Of a DNA stretch of 64,000 nucleotides, positions 51,195 to 64,000 are shown one piece after another. The position numbers were made by a program, and so were the translations under genes. The number at the start of each line of letters is the position of its first letter. Within the stretch, counting starts at the first letter, position 1. This DNA comes from Azolla caroliniana (lineage: Eukaryota > Plantae > Polypodiophyta), in the NCBI GenBank assembly GCA_043228905.1, contig JBHGNT010000007.1, forward strand, positions 21,328,001 through 21,392,000, read 5' to 3'. Below the pieces are notes generated by a model, which was not told the origin of the DNA, searched no databases, and saw only the letters and a program-made list of their open reading frames with translations.

Positions 51195-54100
51195 TGTTGG
51201 CATAAAAGGCCGACTCCTTCCACTTTGTATCCTAGTGCAAACTCGTCTATATAGTTAGGGCTTAGTATATAAGCGATAACCTAACGTTGTAAGATAGTCT
51301 TGATCATTCTTGTAACGTGTCTCTGAGCTTCATTAAAGCTTCATCTGTGTGTCTATATCTTCTTGCCCTCCTTTTGTGTTGTTTGCTGAGCATAACTGAT
51401 AGGTCCTCACATACGTTTCCGCGCATATTTGTCCTTCAACTGGTAGCAGAGTGATCCGCGACTCGGCGGCAACAAACAACAAAAAAGGCTGAGAGAAAAG
51501 TCCAGGTTAGTAAATCTCACTTCCGAAAGAATCATGGCATCAACATCCGGTATAGGAGTTGAGATCCGAAAATTCGACGGCAAAAACTTTGCCCTATGGA
51601 AGGAGATGATGCAGCACGTACTAATTATTTGAAGACAGGTTGAGGCCATTTGACACAGGAGTTGAGATTCGAAAATTCGACGGCAAAAACTTTGCCCTAT
51701 GGAAGGAGATGATGCAGGACGTACTAATTATTTGAAGACAGGTCAAGGCCATTCGACACTCTGGAAAGCCTGCTTCAATATCAACCGATGAGTGGAGATC
51801 AATGGACGAAATCGTATGCTCCACCATTCGAATGCACCTAGCCGAAAATGTCTACTTCAGCATGGCAAAAGAGACGACATCGTTCTCATTATGGGAGAAG
51901 CTACAAACCGTGTATGAGAAAAAGTCCGCATCTTCAAAACTGAGCTTGATCAAACAACTCTTCAACATGAAGATGAGAGAGACCGATTCGGCTACCTCTC
52001 ACATCAACACCTTCAGCCAGGTGTTGTCAGAACTCTCCTCACAAGAGATCAACTTCGAAGAAAAACTGAAAGCCCTTGCCCTCCTATCGAGCTTGCCGGC
52101 GAGTTGGGAGGTATTTTGCACGACATACGCCAATAGCCGACCGGTCCTAAATCTGGATGAGACGATCGACCAAGTCCTCACCGAGGACATTCGGCGAAAA
52201 TCGATGGGACTTACCATTGATTAATCAGCAGAAGCCCATCACTTGACTGAGTCGTTCGACCGACAAAGTCGAATGAGAGTAGAAGCCGACAGAACCGGTC
52301 AGAACACCAACTGATAAAAAACGAGGGGAGACCGACAACGGTTGAAGTTGAGAACGGGCCGATTAGGTGAATTCTGCACACACTACAAAAAAGTTGGCCA
52401 TAATGTTTCCGATTGCTGGTCGATCAAGAGAAAAGAGAGTGGTTGGCGATCCAAGAGAAATCGAGGACGACCCGACTCGGACCACTCTTTAGTCGGCAAC
52501 CAAATCAATGTTGTCGACTCCCGATTAGGAGAAATTCTCTCCTTAGAGGATTCAATGATCAGAGAAGTCCTATACTGTGCACAAGATGCACACACATGGT
52601 TACTGGATTCCGGTGCCACATTCCATGTGACCCCCAACATTGAATGGTTTTTGAACTATTCAACCAACGCCCGCAACACAGTCCAACTAGGCAACGAGCA
52701 GGAGTGCAGAATCGCAGGGACCGGAGAGGTTCCCATCCGATTGCCCAATAGCAACATGATCACCCTGTACCAAGTTAGGTATGTACCCGATTTGAAAAGG
52801 AGTCCGGCTGATGGTGGTCGGAAACATCCCTAAACTCCAAGCAAAGATAGACTTTTGCGAGCATTGTCGATATGGGAAACATACCCGAAGTCCGCACTCT
52901 CTCCACTACGAGACAATACGACAACCCCTAGAGCTTGTGCACACAAATATATATGGGCCCATGCCAGAGCGATCACTAGGAGGCTCCCGATACTTCATCA
53001 CCTTTGTAGATGATTGTACACAGAAGGTCTAGGCCTACTCGATCAGGTCCATAGACGAAGTGCTCAGGGTCTTCACTCGGTGGACATCTGAAGTGGAGAA
53101 TCGATCGGGACACAAAGTGAAGACACTCCGATCCGACAACGGAGGCGAATATACCTCCAGAGCCTTCAAGTAGTACCTGTCCAACAAAGGGATCTGACAT
53201 CAAAAGACCGTTCCTTACACACCCATGCAAAATGGAGTGGCAGAATGGATCAACCGAATGATCCAGGAGAGGGTGAAGAAAATCCCCCATCAAGCTGGAC
53301 TAAAGCTGGAGTTCTGGGTTGAGGCATTGCAGATGACAGTATACTTGGTAAATCTATCACCGTTGAAAGCAATCAGGCTCTAAGTACCACATGCACTATG
53401 GTCAGGCAAACAACCGACCTACGATAGGTTCCGCGTATTCGGATGCGAAGCCTACGCCTTCATCCCCAGGGAGAAAAGGACCAAGTTGGCACCCCATGCA
53501 ATGAAATGCATATTTCTCGATTATGGAACCGATGGGGATTTTGGCTACCGTCTATGAGACCCTGACGGCTATGAGACCCTGAGAACCAGAAACTAATTCG
53601 GAGCAATGATGTAGTCTTCAATGAAGACTCTATCTTCTCTCAACGGAACCAATAGAAAATAGTTGGTAAAAAGGTATCCTTCGAAGTCGACAGAGACGTC
53701 GTAGAAGGACCATCCCACCAAGCCGAATCAGAGATACGACAAACAGTCGAACTTAACCAAGCCGACAACATACCTACCGACTCCGAAATGGTAGGAGGTC
53801 CACTAGTCGATCTCGAAGACAAAGCCATCAAAGACAGACCCAATTCAACAAGAGTCAAACAAAGCAAAGTCACCATGACGCGATTTGGAAACAGACCCGA
53901 GTCGACAAAGTTCAGGGGGAGAAATCCCAACATGGGGGTAGGTCACCTAACAAGACTCCTGACACAAACGGTTCAACAAATACCGATCGATCGACAGAGC
54001 TGATCGAAGACTCTGAACCTCTTATCTCGATAACTAGGAGAGCTGGACGAGTTCGAAGGCAAACATAGTTCTACCAACTTGGCCTCAACTATGTCAACTA

Positions 54101-55204
54101 CACCGATGCAGGCGAACCAAGCACTTATGAAGAAGCTATGACCGCAATGGACGCCGAAACATGGCTAAAAGCCATGAAATCCATGAAATCCGAAATGGAC
54201 TCAATTCACAAGAATCAAACATGGGAGTTGTTCGAACTACCAGTTGGAAGAAAGCCGCTACCTTGCAAATGGGTTTTCCGATACAAATATGTATCTGACT
54301 CAGAGAAACCCAAGTACAAAGCTCGACTTGTCGTGAAAGATTTCAAACAAGAATACGAGGTCGACTACGACGAGATATTCTCACCAGTAGTCAAGATGAC
54401 CACCCTCCGACTCCTACAAGGAGTTGTAGCGATAGAAGACCTAGAGCTCGAGCAATGGACATAAAGACGACATTCCTACACAAAGATCTGGAAGAAGACA
54501 TTTACATGTCTCAACCGGCAAGCTTCACTATGACGGGGGAGGAAAGTCACCTCGTATGTTGACTGAAGAAAAACCGCTATGGCTTGAAACAAGCATCAAG
54601 GATATGGTACCAGAAGTTTGACTCCCACATCAGGCAACTTGGATACCACCGATCCGACTCCAACCCATGCATGTATAACGGAAACTGGTCGACGAGTCTA
54701 GGATTTATCTGATCCTATATGTCGATGACATGCTGATTGTAGGAAGCAATCAAGCAGAGATCGGAAAGTTGAAGCGGGGTCGTCACAACAAGTTCGCGAT
54801 GAAGAAACTCGGACAAGCCCATCACATACTGGGCATGAGAATCGAGCGAAATCGGACGACCAAGACTCTCTGACTCTCCCAGTCCGACTATATCCGGAAG
54901 GTGCTGAGGCGCTTCAACATGCAAAATGTGAATCCAGCACCAACACCATTTCCAATGTTGATCCGACTATCGGACAGAGACTCTCCTTCAACAGACAAGG
55001 AGAGAGAACTTAATGGAAAGATGCCCTATGCATCGGCCGTAGGAAGTATCATGTACGCAATGGTGGCGACACGACCTGACCTAGCCTATGTTGTAGGAGT
55101 GGTCCGCTGGTACATGTCAAACCCAGGACGGAAGCATTGGGAGGCTATCAAACACATCTTCAGGTACCTGAGAGGGATCGAAGATACATAGCTGACTTTC
55201 GGTT
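51195..55204 (+). mobile_element. Decayed Ty1/copia C (Tnt1/Tork-like): 5' LTR 51195-51438, PBS 51441-51452, gag-PR-INT-RT, interrupted late in RT
   Basis: KFDGKNFALWK gag (ATG 51534), CTHYKKVGHNVSDC, WLLDSGAT, RYFITFVDD, LRSDNGGEY, LYVDDML, TRPDLAY; many stops and frameshifts. Confidence 0.9.
51554..51759 (+). repeat. 103-bp tandem duplication inside copia C gag
   Basis: Copies 51554-51656 and 51657-51759. Confidence 0.92.
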
Positions 55205-55421
55205 TGTTGAGAGACAAGCTCAACATCGGCCGGATCGGCTGAAGAAGCCGAGGACCGGATCGGTTGGGACCGATCGGTTAGGCCGAGTGCGTAAACCGGG
55301 AGGTCGTTAGGAAAGATATTCCGTGAGGAATATATTTGGGAGTTAGTGTAGGAGCTCTTAATGAGCATTGAAGTACTGTCAATACTTCGGTCAGTCCTTT
55401 TAGGACTTGTATAAAAGTGCT
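55205..55421 (+). mobile_element. 5' part of a family B-like copia LTR, cut by the gypsy insertion
   Basis: Starts TGTTGAGAGACAAGCTCAAC; tgagcattgaagtact..tcagtcct..gacttgtataaaagtg is the reverse complement of blocks in 133-530 and 7890-8348. Confidence 0.8.
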
Positions 55422-55893
55422 TGTTACCGGCCGGCAAGGAGTCCAAAATACGGAGTGAAGGAATTAATTAAGTATGGTTGTAAATAAGCATAGTGTGGAC
55501 GGACGGACTAGAAATGGTATGCCGTTCCAGATCCGGACGGATCCCGAATAGGTGCGATAGGCACCGTTTTGTACTACGGGCCGGAAACCTATTTAAAGGC
55601 CTGGACCCCATTGTAATCGCAGCGGATAATTAATAGAGCATATGGTGTTTATACTTCTGTGTTGATTTCCGTTCTGTAATTACTGTTATATCTTACGCGT
55701 GTAATTAACCAAAGCACTCTAATCGTGTAACCTACGTAAGTCGGTGTAATCGTTGAATCTTAATCCTATGCCGTAATCACCCTTTGGTGAAGTGTCTCCG
55801 TGACACCTTGTGTTAGGCCTTGTCCGGTCAGAGAATAACACAGTTTTGGCGACCACGATTCTTGCTTTCTCGCAGCGAACAACGGCTTAATGG

Positions 55894-58800
55894 ATGACGA
55901 GACCAACGCACGCCCTGGTTACAGACCGAGCTCGACGCCTCGCCGAACGGCAAAGACGGCGTGAGACTTTCCAGCAAGCAGCGCACGAAATTCGCTCGGA
56001 TCGTTCGTTCTCCAACGAGATCCGGAGAGTCGCGGAGGAATCTCTTCGGTTACAGCAAACTCGCGACCAGGACGACGGAAGCGGTCTAAGTAGTCTCCGG
56101 GAAACCGAACGCCTCCTCGAGGCGCTGGCAAGCGGAGAAAACGAGGCAGAAGCCTTTTCAGCCTACGAATCGGATTCCGAAGGGGGATACAGCGTGCACA
56201 CGAACTACCGGAGCAGCAACGATACCCCCGGCGGCCCGGAGGACGACGGGTCGGATACCGTGCCGACTCCAGAACCGGAACCGTTCGACCAGGGCTATCC
56301 GGAACCGCAAACGGAAGCCGTCAACCCACCAACACCGGAAGAAGAGCCGGTGAAGGAACCGGAAAAAGAACCGGAAGAGGAACCGGAAAAAGCACCGGCA
56401 AAAGAACCGGAAGTAGAACCGGAGAGAAAATCGGAAAGATATCAACAAACGCCACTAAACCGCGGCCTAATACTGGACGACGACATGCCGTTCCAATACT
56501 CAAAGTATCGCGATGATCCGGACGCGGAAGCGCATGTTCATGCCTTCGAGCAGACATGGGAAGCAAATCACGCGTCCCAGCGAATGACACCGGAGGAAGA
56601 AGAACGCTCGAAGATAGCGGAATTCGGGGTCACGTTGGAAGGACCAGCGACACGATGGCGGCGGACGCAGGACCCGGCGATCATCACAACCTTTGCAGAA
56701 TTAAAAGCAAAATTCTTGCATTTTTTCCACAAGGAGGTCGACCAGACGACAATGGTGGGCCTGTTTTATACGATCCGACAGGAGGCAGGGGAAAGCATTC
56801 CCCAATTCGTCATCCGTTTCCAACGAATGCATAGCCAGCTTGCCCGTACACCCCCGGAGGAGGAATTACGGACGATATTTTTAAACGCACTCCGGGAACC
56901 GTTACGCACGGTGTGTACGGTGATCGACTTTCGAGGAAGCACCATTGACCAGGTCATTGACCGGGTCAGAGAAATGGAAAAGTCAAGCTCATGGCTTACA
57001 CTGGGAGCACTGCAACGGGCGTTACCCACAGATGAAGATCTCTGGTTCCGGCAGGCAATTCAATGCACAATCTGCTTGAATGCCGGACACTCGGCAGTGG
57101 AGTGCACCATGCGAACCCAGTGTGTGATTTGTCAATCCAAGAGTCATACAACGGACCGGTGCGAGTATAACCTGTTAAACCGACAAGCACCACCCGTCCG
57201 ACGGATCGAACCAAGAAGCAGCCGAGACGAAGATGAAGATCGTTGGCAAAGAATGAACCGGTACCGACCGGCACAGGATGTCCGGTACGGAGACAGACAA
57301 GAGAATGATGGCCGGTACGGGGATCGGCATGATAACTACGACCGGTATGAGCGATCGGACCGTTATCGGGAGTCCAATAGACGACACGAGCAATACGACA
57401 GAGACCATTCCCCTGGTTACCGAAGGCACCAAGAGGACTACGGCCGATTTTACGATCCACCACGATAGGACTACCGAAATAAAAATAAGAATAATAAGAA
57501 ACGTAATTTCAAGAAAGGTGGTCACACTAGGGACCCGGAACATGGAACCCCAAGGAGCCAACCGGCACAGAACGCACCACTCACTACGGGACCGACTCCG
57601 GCTACCAGCAATGCTGAATCCAGCAATACCCGTAAAGAGTATTGCTACTACTGCAAGCAGGAAGGCCACTACAGTAACCAGTGCCCGGCAAAGAGCTACG
57701 ATAAACGACCAGCAGTTAATATGGTGGTTCCGGAAGTGGCGGATGTACAGCAAGTAACCACACGGTCGAAAGGCATGGCCAAAGAGTGGGAAACACAAGA
57801 GGCCATACGAAAACAGGCGACGGAATGGGTGAAGGAAGCCAATGAAAGGAACGTCGCGGACGCGGAACGGCAAAAGGCGAATACCATAGGGAGTGCCAGC
57901 GGTAGCCACGCAGAAAACGAGACATGGCAAGCACTACAAGAATGTTAGATCACGTTGCCATTAGGAAGACTCTTGCAGCTCGTGCCGCGATTTACGGAAG
58001 GACTAAAAACGGTCATGACAGACGGTATAGCCCCACTGGCACCAGTCCTCTTCTCGAATCCGGAGGAGGGACCGACGGTGGTGGACACTAGTAGTCCGGT
58101 GATTACAGCTATTGTCAAAGGGCACGAACTTTCCGGCACAGTAATCGATGGAGGTTCCGGGGTGAACGTAATAAGCCTCCGCACGTGTGATGCCTTGGGT
58201 ATACATGAATGGGAGCCATGTCCGTTCTGGCTACGGATGGCGGATACGAGCTCTGTACGGCCGACGGGCTTAATACGGAAATTGGAAGTCACCATAGGAG
58301 GTCACACATTTCACATCTCGGCTGTCGTGCTGCAGCTACAGGCGCAAGGCGCGTACCCACTGTTGCTGGGCAGACCATGGTTGAAAACAACACACATCAA
58401 GCAAAATTGGCGGAAAAATATGATTACCTTCCGGCGCGGAAAAGCCAAGGTCCGGGTACCGACACAACCACGGACGAGCAACGGTAAAGAATGCACACCG
58501 CTGTATGCGGAATGCGTGAACATGCTTGAAGGGTTGGCAGACGACGAAGAAGCCCAGTACTTGGAGGAACACCAGAAGATCGTACCACTCTTCGAGATTG
58601 ACGTAGCTGAAGCCGTGGCGCCATACTTGCCGCAGCGGGACGAAACCGAAGCCGAACCAGACAAAGATTCGATTCGGGAATTACGGCAAGCACAGGAAGC
58701 GTTGGAACGGGAAATGGCCGTTTCCCAACGGGTAAAAACATCCAAGCTCGACGAAGTGAACCTAGGAAGCAAGGACGAATCAAAGCCGGTACACATCGCC

Positions 58801-61688
58801 AAAGAAATGAAGCCGGAAGATAAAGCGGCGATGATCAAACTTCTCACGGAGTTTCGCGACGTATTCGCCTGGTCATACGAAGACATGCGAGGGCTGGACC
58901 CTCAATTATATCAGCATCAGATCCACTTAGGCAAGGACGCGAAACCAGTGGCGCAAAGACGTTACCGAATGAACCCCAACTACGCCGCCAAAGTGAAGGA
59001 GGAAATCGACAAACTCCTAAGAGTGGGCTTCATCCGGCCGGTAAAGAAAGCGACGTGGCTGAGCCCCATCGTCGTCGTCCCAAAGAAGAACGGTAAAATC
59101 TGCGTGTGTGTAGATTACAGGAAACTAAATGCAGCCACAATTACGGATGCATTCCCTCTTCCGTTCACGGATGGAGTACTGGATGCCGTCGCCGGCCATG
59201 AAGTTTATAGTTTTTTAGACGGGTTCAGCGGATACAATCAAATCCGGATGCACCCTGACGACCAGGAGAAGACAACGTTCGTCACCGAATGGGGGGTGTT
59301 TGTGGCCGAAGTAATGATGTTCGGCCTAAAAACGGCACCAGCAACTTTCCAGCGAATCATCATGGAGATCTTCGGCGAATACATTCCTGCCTTCATGCAG
59401 GTTTTCCTGGATGATTTTGCAGTCTATAGCCGGGGAAAAGACCATTTGCAGCACCTACGGTTATGCCTTGAAAAGTGTAGGTTATACCGGCTAAGCTTAA
59501 ACCCAGCAAAATGCATCTTTGGGGTTTCAAGTGGAATCTTACTGGGACACATTGTAAGTAAGGAGGGCATTGTGGTCGACCCGGACAAAGTAAACGCGAT
59601 ACTAGGGGCACTGGCGCCGAAAACGGCCAAAGCACTAAGCCGATTCTTAGGACAGATCCGGTGGCACAGCCGGATGCTCCGTCACTTGGCGGACTTGGCT
59701 ACACCATTACACACCGCGGTACATCGGACACCGTTCCAATGGACGGATACGGAGGATAAGGCATACAATGCCCTGAAGGTACTTTTGTCGCAAGCACCCG
59801 TCGTGCAGCCTCCGGATTGGAGCAAGGAATTTCATGTGTTCGTTGACGCTTCCGACATCGCTATCGGCAGCGCCTTAATGCAACTTACGGAGCCTAAATG
59901 GTACCGGCCGGTATATTACGCCAGCCGGAAGCTGTCCCAAGCGGAGAAGAACTATTCGACGACGGAACGGGAGGCCCTGGGCATGATCTACAGTGTCACA
60001 AAGTTTCGTCATTACCTATTGGGAAGGAAGTTCTCCTTTCATGTGGATCACTCGGCGCTCCTGTACTTAGTGTCCAAGGCGTCCCTGACCGGTAAGTTGG
60101 CCCGTTGGACCTTGCTGTTGCAGGAGTTCGAATTCGAGATCTTCCACCGGCCCGGTATCCAGCATGCCGTAGCAGACTACCTGAGCCGGTTAGAGTCCGG
60201 AGAATCAGGCGACGGAGTATCGGATGAATTCCCGGACGCAGAGTTATTCCGTATCACCCCGGAAACGACAGCGGACGACACGGTGGCATCAGAAGATAGG
60301 TGGCTGACAAACATGCACCAGTTCCTAAGCACGGGCCTGCCACCGGAGGAGATGAACCGGGACGAGAGGAAACGACTGGCGGTGCAGAGCCGCAATTTCT
60401 GTCTGTTACGGGACACTCTCTACCACAAGGGAGCAGATGGAATATGGAGACGGGCAGTCCGTAGTGACGAGAAACAAGTAATCTTACGGGAAGCACACTG
60501 TGGGGTTGCCGGAGGACACTATGCCGGGGAAGCGACGGAAAGGAAAGTATGGCAGAGCGGCTTATGGTGGCCGTCAATTATGCTAAGGAATGTGACCTAT
60601 GCCAACGAATGGGCCAGCCTACGGAGCAAGCACGGATGCCACACCAACCGGTACTTCCACTAGAGCCATTCCAAAAGTGGGGGTTGGATTTTGTCGGACC
60701 GTTCAAGCCACCGGCAATGAGAACGGGTAATCGTTATGTCATCGTGGCAACAGATTATTGCACTAAATGGGTGGAGGCTAAGGCCTTGAGAGACAACACC
60801 GCGTCATCCATAGCAAAATTCCTGTACGAGAACATTTGGTGCCGATATGGATGTCCGATTGAATTAATCAGCGACCAAGGAGGGCACTTCCTAGGCCAGG
60901 TAGTTGAAAGCTTAACAACGTTCTATGCCGTGGTACATAAACGGAGCACACCGTACTACCCACAAGCAAACGGGTTAGCAGAGTCAACCAACAAAACGCT
61001 CCAGAACATTCTCCGCAAAATCGTCAATGAAAACCGGACGGACTGGGATACAAAGCTCCATAGCGCGCTATGGGCGTACCGAACGGCATACAAAACAAGT
61101 ATCCGGACAACGCCGTTCCGGTTAGCGTTCGGCTTAGAGGCGGTCATGCCAGTGGAATTTCAGGTACCAAGCTTACGGATCCAACTACGGGAACGGCTGA
61201 ATGAAAAGGAGTCGGAGGAAATGCGGCTAGCAGCACTATGCGAACTGGAGGAGCAACGGCTGGCCAGCATCCTACACATGGAACTGGAGCAACGACGATG
61301 GAAAGCGTTTGTTGACCATCACCGGAAAGGTAATGAAAAGATGTTCGAAATCGGAAAGCCGGTGCTAGTATTCCAAACGAGGATAGGCAAGATGCCGGGT
61401 AAACTCCGGTTTAGATGGACAGGCCCGTATTGGCTGACACGGGAATACAACGGGTCCTATCAGTTAGGGACACTTGCCGGTGAAGTGCTAGGCAAGTGGG
61501 TCAACGGATTTAGACTAAAGCCCTATAAAGGACCGATGCCAAGTAACCCGTTTATGCAGCCCACCGGCACTATACCGGGAACCTGTCCGGGAACGGTACG
61601 GATGGAAGAAAAAGACGACGGGGAACCCATAGCAGAGGCGAAGGAAGACACGGATGGTAAGGGTCTGAAGGGACCTACGGATGTGTAA
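55894..61688 (+). pseudogene. Gypsy gag-pol: single frame with TAG at 57466 and 57946 and a frameshifting deletion at ~60575
   Basis: Gag core, three CCHC knuckles, IDGGS protease, DYRKLN/FLDDF RT, VDASD RNase H, HHCC + GLDF/SDQG/AE integrase, WTGPY motif. Confidence 0.92.
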
Positions 61689-62082
61689 GATCACATACCG
61701 TCATTAAAAAGAGAAAAGAAAAAAAAAAAAAGAAAAAAAAAAGAAGAAAAAGAAATCATTAAAAATCGAGGTATGAACGGACGTGAAAGCAAGGAGCGAA
61801 AAGGTACGTAGTGGGCATTTAAGAGCCGCCACATTACTTAATACTAAATTGGTACACGACGTGCGCATGCTCGAAAAAGGCGCCAAGACGCACAGAGAAA
61901 AAGAAGAACGCATGGAGACCTTTTTTTTTCGCGAGCCAAGAAGCACAGAAGCACCAAGGCAGTGGAAGCTTAGCAAACGCGAACCTGCACTCAGAGAACC
62001 CCCACGTTCGGAACACTCTCTCTCTCGCTCTCACTCTCATCACCACTCTACCTCGCCATCTTTCCTCGACCTCGAAGCAGAC

Positions 62083-64000
62083 ATGGAACCACAAACGCTG
62101 TCGGAAGCGGCCAGGAAATGGCTCAGGCAACACGGACTGGATGGGTTCTTGACCATCATGGAGGCACCACCGCACAAAGAAGCCGACCAGGTCATCAAGG
62201 AGCTCGACAAAGAAGTCATCACCGAGGAAGCGATCCGTGCGCTAACAGGCCTTCCGGAGGGAGGTATTTTTCAGATCGATAACCCAACCTCGGAGCAACT
62301 CATCCGATATTTCGGTGAGTACTCTGTAGCCGGCAAAGGCTATCGAACGCAGGGCGGCGAAGATCCGCTATTCAGGGAGATAGCTCGAGTGCTCCATGAG
62401 TACGGCCACGTGTACCCCCGACCCCCTGTCATGCCAAAAAATCGGGCAGGGATGATCATAGCCACCTATGAAGGGATCAAGGTGGATTGGCCGGTGTTGA
62501 TTGCAGACGGTTTGTGTGCGGCAATCGACACGGTACGAGGAAAGGACGGCAAGGAGGGCCGGAAGCTGTGGCATGCCGTAGCTCAGTGGATAACATTGCT
62601 CGCGCCGCCGGTCGAGACCGTTCAGCCAAAGAAGCGGCCAAGATTATCGGAAGGAAGCACCTCGAAGCCGGCGTCCAAACGACAGTAGCTGCTGGCGTCG
62701 AAGGCGACGAAAGGGAAGAAACGGCTCCCAGAACCGGAGGAGGTGTCACTGGTTCCACCCGTTAAGATAACCATACGGCGACCGGGACAGAAGGAACCGG
62801 AACCCTTGACGGCACAGATACATGCCGTTACCCAGGAAGAGGAAACGGAGGAGCCAGTAGAGCACCTCCAACGACGGTCAAGAAGTAGGACCGCCGGGAC
62901 AGCGGGGGAGCGTTCGGACCCGCAAAAGGAAGAAACGCCCCCAACTCAACCTGAGCAAACCACAAGGGAGTAACCGGAACTGGTGCGTATAGAACCGGCC
63001 TTGTCGACTTCTATACAAGAAGTCATTCCAACGGCTCCGGAGACGGCGAGAACCGGAACTCAACAGCCGGCGAGCCCAGCCAGCACACACGGCAGCCAAG
63101 GAGTAGAACCAGAACGGCAGATACAGGCACTCAGGCCAGACAATTCCACAGTGAACGAGCCGACCCGACCAGTACAGCAGCAAGGCACCAGTAGCATGTG
63201 GCTACGGTGGGTAGGCGAGCAGATCGCCGGAGCGGTCGAGTACATAGAGGCGGAGGAGAGAGCGCACCACGAACGGTTGCTCGTCACAACCGTAGATCTA
63301 GAGACGGCCCGGTCCAGAATCCGGAGCCTTGAACAAGACTTGGACAGGGTCACAAGGGAAATGGCTCAATTGGCTTTGACAACACAAGTCCAAGCACCGG
63401 TGACTCCGGGCAATGTACAGAATAAAGCGTCAGATCAACTTGTACATAGCAATCAGACCCCGGCAACGGAAACCGTTCCGGAGAGAAATGCGGCACAAGC
63501 CCAAGAGCTTGCGGACTTAAAGGATGAGCTAGCTGCCCAAGAAGCGCTGAGGAGCCGCGAAAGAGAGTTGAAGACGGCAGCGGAGGCAGAACTCAAAAAG
63601 ACTGCTGAGAATCTACGCCGGGCCGAGGAGAGCTTACGAAAAGGCCACCAAGCGTACGACTGGCTCAAGGAGGAGAAGGAGAAAATGCTGCAAGAGAAGG
63701 ACAAGCTCCGGAGAAACGCCGAAACAGAAGTAGATCGCCTGAAAGAGGAACTCTGGCAGCTAAAGGACCGGGAGGACCGGAACCATCGCCAGATCAATGG
63801 CAAGCTCAAACAAAAAACGGAGGAATTTGAGCACTTGCACCGAGAGTATAAACGGTTGCAAACGGAGCACAAGGAACGGACGGATGAGCTCCGGCAAGCA
63901 GTTGATCGGACCGCAACGGCATACGCTAATGAACAAGCGGAAACCAGAAGACGGTTGGAAGAGGCGGAGAAGGTTCGGACAGAGCTCCTCAGGCAACAGC
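62083..64000 (+). pseudogene. Accessory 3' ORF of the gypsy element (>630 codons, two in-frame stops): globular N-terminus, low-complexity linker, long coiled coil
   Basis: One frame from ATG 62083 to the window end, broken only by TAG 62686 and TAA 62971; E/K/R/Q-rich heptads after ~63230. Confidence 0.75.

Larger units (their letters stand above)
55422..64000 (+). mobile_element. Ty3/gypsy non-chromovirus LTR retrotransposon (5' LTR 55422-55840, PBS 55847-55857), running off the right edge
   Basis: TGTTA..TAACA LTR; TGGCGACCAC PBS (complementary to a tRNA-Arg-type 3' end); domain order gag-PR-RT-RH-INT; extra 3' ORF. Confidence 0.93.

Noticed and set aside
57466-57948. Programmed gag-pol stop readthrough
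   Set aside because: Two separate TAGs, one inside gag before the third knuckle; more simply explained by CAG-to-TAG decay.
55919-63996. Many antisense and alternate-frame ORFs over the gypsy element
   Set aside because: Shadow ORFs of a GC-rich coding strand with no recognisable motifs.
62083-64000. Envelope (env) gene
   Set aside because: No signal peptide or hydrophobic transmembrane segment in the visible part; it is charged and coiled-coil.

Overview
Land-plant nuclear DNA (AT-rich, microsatellite-rich, spliceosomal introns; a fern-like non-seed plant is plausible but not provable). Four host genes were reconstructed by hand. (1) A 9-exon CYP707A-like ABA 8'-hydroxylase (-, 11432-16265). 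(2) A 6-exon mitochondrial dicarboxylate/tricarboxylate carrier DTC (-, 22691-26894). (3) A YqaJ/lambda-exonuclease-like PD-(D/E)xK nuclease gene (+, main exon 31069-31940), head-to-head with DTC. (4) A 12-exon AVT1-type amino-acid transporter (-, 35474-41146) with a U12 AT-AC intron. Both ends are retrotransposon clusters. The left cluster has an internally deleted Ty1/copia element with both LTRs and a TSD (2928-8348), solo LTRs, and a 98-bp tandem array. The right cluster is a deep nest: an L1 LINE holds copia remnants, a second copia and a copia LTR, and finally a Ty3/gypsy element. The gypsy has three zinc knuckles and a long extra 3' ORF ending in a coiled coil that runs off the window. 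No CRISPR, rRNA or tRNA genes were seen. The best novelty candidates are the gypsy accessory ORF, a PPT-enclosing hairpin shared by different copia LTR families, and a fold-back duplication of a DTC splice donor.
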